Below, piece after piece: positions 35,762-37,454 of a DNA stretch of 37,454 nucleotides (positions are counted from its first letter, which is position 1; each line of letters starts with the position of its first letter). The translations under genes were made by a program, and so were the position numbers. This stretch comes from Gemmatimonadota bacterium (GTDB lineage Bacteria; Gemmatimonadota; Gemmatimonadetes; Gemmatimonadales; GWC2-71-9). The notes below the pieces were generated by a model. It was not told the origin of the DNA. It did not search any database and was given only the letters and a program-made list of their open reading frames with translations. Where the stretch lies: assembly GCA_003221825.1 (NCBI GenBank), contig QHUE01000091.1, positions 1 to 37,454 of the forward strand, in the 5' to 3' direction.

Positions 35762-37360
35762 ATGAAGCGAACCATGTCGAAGAGATCGATCCGCGGAGCG
35801 TGGCTCGCCGCGCTGCTGCTGGGATCAATGCAGGCGTGCACCAATCTGGATGAGCTTCCGAAGAGCGACATCTCTCCGGGGACGTTCTTCAACAATGAGG
35901 CGGAGGCGCTGGCCGGGCTCTCCGGCGTCTATGCGCAGCTCCGGGGCGCGTTCCCGGGCTACTGCTGCGCGTACTACGCCCTCAATGAAATCAGCACCGA
36001 CGAAATGGTGGTGCCGACGCGAGGTCAGGACTGGTACGACAACGGCCGCTGGCTGGAAATCCACGAACAAGGGTGGACCCCAGGCAGCCCGTCGACGCTC
36101 CAGGACATCAATTCGGCCTGGGTGAACAGCTTTACGGGGGTCGCGAACGCGAATCTCGCGTTGAGCGCGCTGCAGAGCCGGATCATCATGGACTCCGTGA
36201 AGCAGGCGGGAGTCATTGCCGAGCTGCGGGCGCTGCGTGCGTTCTACTACTACCAGCTGATGGATCTGTTCGGCGGCGTCCCGGTCGTCACGACAACGGA
36301 CGTCGCGCAGCGCGACCGCGTATCACGCGACTCCGTCTTCAAGTTCATTGAAGCGGAGCTGCTGGCCGCCCGGGCCGACCTGCCCAGGACGCGGGATGCG
36401 GCGAACAACGGCCGCTTCACGAAGGGCGCGGTCGACGCCATACTCGCGAGCATGTACGTCAATGCCGGCGTATTCACCAAGGACGCCGGCCAGTTCAGCG
36501 CCGTTGCGTATAACTCGTGCACGGGAATCACCGTGGCGGGAGGCCTGAGCGCCTGCCAAGCGGCGAAGGATCGCGCCGACAGCACGATCCTGTCCGGCGT
36601 CTACCAGCTGGCGGATACCTTCGTGAAGAACTTCCGGGCCGATAACAATCTGTCCCCGGAAAACATCTTCGTCGTCAAATTCGCCCCGCGCGATGGGCTC
36701 GGCTTCCCGTTCCTGCAGACGACGCTGCACTACAACCAGTTCTCGACAACCCCGTGGAACGGCTTCGCCACACTCGCTCAGACGTACCAAGCGTTCGACA
36801 CCTTGAACGACAGGCGCAAGAGCATCTTCCTGGTCGGCCCGCAGTTCAATGTCGAGACGGGTGACACGGTGTGCATCCGGCCGGGTTGCGCAAAAGGGGC
36901 GCCGCGGCTGGTGTTCACGCCCACCATCGCCGATGTGCGCGCGGCTACGGAAGGCGAGGGGGTTCGCATCTATAAGTGGCCGTACGATCCGAACCACGTG
37001 GCGCAGAACAACGGCAACGACTTCGCCTATTTCCGCCTGGCGGAGATGTACCTGATCAAGGCGGAAGCGGAGCTCAACGGCGCGACGGGGGCCCCGGCGC
37101 CGCTCGCATTGCTACGGACGGTGCGCGCGCGGTCGTTCACGACCGACACATTGAGTTCGGTCACGCTTCCCGTCATCCTGCGGGAGCGCCTGTTCGAGCT
37201 GACGTTCGAGGGGAAGCGCCGGCAGGATCTCATTCGGTTCGGCCAGTACACCGCGGCGTGGCAGTTCAAGACCGCGGGGCAGCCGTATCTCACGCTGATG
37301 CCCATTCCGCAGTCGCAGATCGACGCGAATCCGAAACTGGTCCAGAACACGGGATACTGA
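35762..37360 (+). CDS. SusD/RagB-family outer-membrane lipoprotein, 532 aa
   Basis: Lipobox LLLGSMQAC, SusD-like N-terminal region (AEALAGLSGVYAQLRG, RALRAFYYYQLMDLFGGVP), and C-terminal FRLAEMYLIKAEA and RERLFELTFEGKRRQDLIRFG. GGAG lies upstream of the ATG, 14 nt after the SusC stop. Confidence 0.9.
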   Translation: MKRTMSKRSIRGAWLAALLLGSMQACTNLDELPKSDISPGTFFNNEAEALAGLSGVYAQLRGAFPGYCCAYYALNEISTDEMVVPTRGQDWYDNGRWLEIHEQGWTPGSPSTLQDINSAWVNSFTGVANANLALSALQSRIIMDSVKQAGVIAELRALRAFYYYQLMDLFGGVPVVTTTDVAQRDRVSRDSVFKFIEAELLAARADLPRTRDAANNGRFTKGAVDAILASMYVNAGVFTKDAGQFSAVAYNSCTGITVAGGLSACQAAKDRADSTILSGVYQLADTFVKNFRADNNLSPENIFVVKFAPRDGLGFPFLQTTLHYNQFSTTPWNGFATLAQTYQAFDTLNDRRKSIFLVGPQFNVETGDTVCIRPGCAKGAPRLVFTPTIADVRAATEGEGVRIYKWPYDPNHVAQNNGNDFAYFRLAEMYLIKAEAELNGATGAPAPLALLRTVRARSFTTDTLSSVTLPVILRERLFELTFEGKRRQDLIRFGQYTAAWQFKTAGQPYLTLMPIPQSQIDANPKLVQNTGY

Positions 37361-37392
37361 TTGCCGGAAGCGTCGCACAACGAAGTTGATCA

Positions 37393-37422
37393 GAGAGGGG
37401 CGCGGCGGCTCGCGCCCCTCTC
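37393..37422 (+). terminator. GC-rich hairpin after susD (possible terminator, or part of the next gene's signal-peptide coding region)
   Basis: A 12-bp perfect stem GAGAGGGGCGCG / CGCGCCCCTCTC with a 6-nt loop. There is no clear U-tract. The same region reads in frame from TTG 37361 as ..RGARRLAPLSLLLLLGLSGL, which looks like a signal peptide running off the window. Confidence 0.3.
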
Positions 37423-37454
37423 GCTTCTCCTCCTGCTGGGACTGTCGGGGCTCT

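Overview
High-GC (roughly two-thirds G+C by eye) bacterial chromosomal window. It has many GTG/TTG starts and 4-nt ATGA/GTGA start/stop overlaps. A SusC/SusD pair in this high-GC background weakly suggests a Gemmatimonadota-like organism (inference only). No rRNA, tRNA, CRISPR array or transposase gene was seen.

Layout:
(1) nt 2-664: a MutY-type glycosylase lacking its C-terminal domain.
(2) nt 594-10591, minus strand: twelve ORFs with no intergenic DNA. In transcription order they are HAD, nucleotidyltransferase, ATP-grasp, class-III aminotransferase, CDP-alcohol phosphatidyltransferase, Gfo/Idh/MocA dehydrogenase, UPF0104 flippase-like protein, a small low-GC membrane protein, a second CDP-alcohol phosphatidyltransferase, alpha/beta hydrolase, PimA-like GT4 and NodB deacetylase. 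I consider this the best candidate for an undescribed system, probably biosynthesis of a phospho-head-group lipid or solute.
(3) Directly upstream: a candidate sigma-54 promoter, a sigma-54 enhancer-binding response regulator, and a histidine kinase whose ORF is fused in frame to a paralogue of the operon's HAD gene.
(4) Small membrane/DUF2203/CBS genes, a patatin-like phospholipase, an acyl-CoA thioesterase and nadE.
(5) Two near-identical fluoride riboswitch aptamers in direct orientation bracket a minus-strand PKD lipoprotein gene. Only the second is followed by crcB and a DUF190 gene.
(6) A trehalose block: otsA with a membrane sensor-like N-terminus, otsB, a GH15 gene and a periplasmic trehalase (treA). 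treA is bracketed by two inverted copies of a ~125-135 nt palindromic MITE-like element.
(7) A 1202-aa in-frame chimera of a glycosidase-like domain and an SSS symporter lacking its first helix.
(8) A frameshifted SusC-like receptor plus SusD.

All calls come from reading the sequence and ORF translations. No database search was run.
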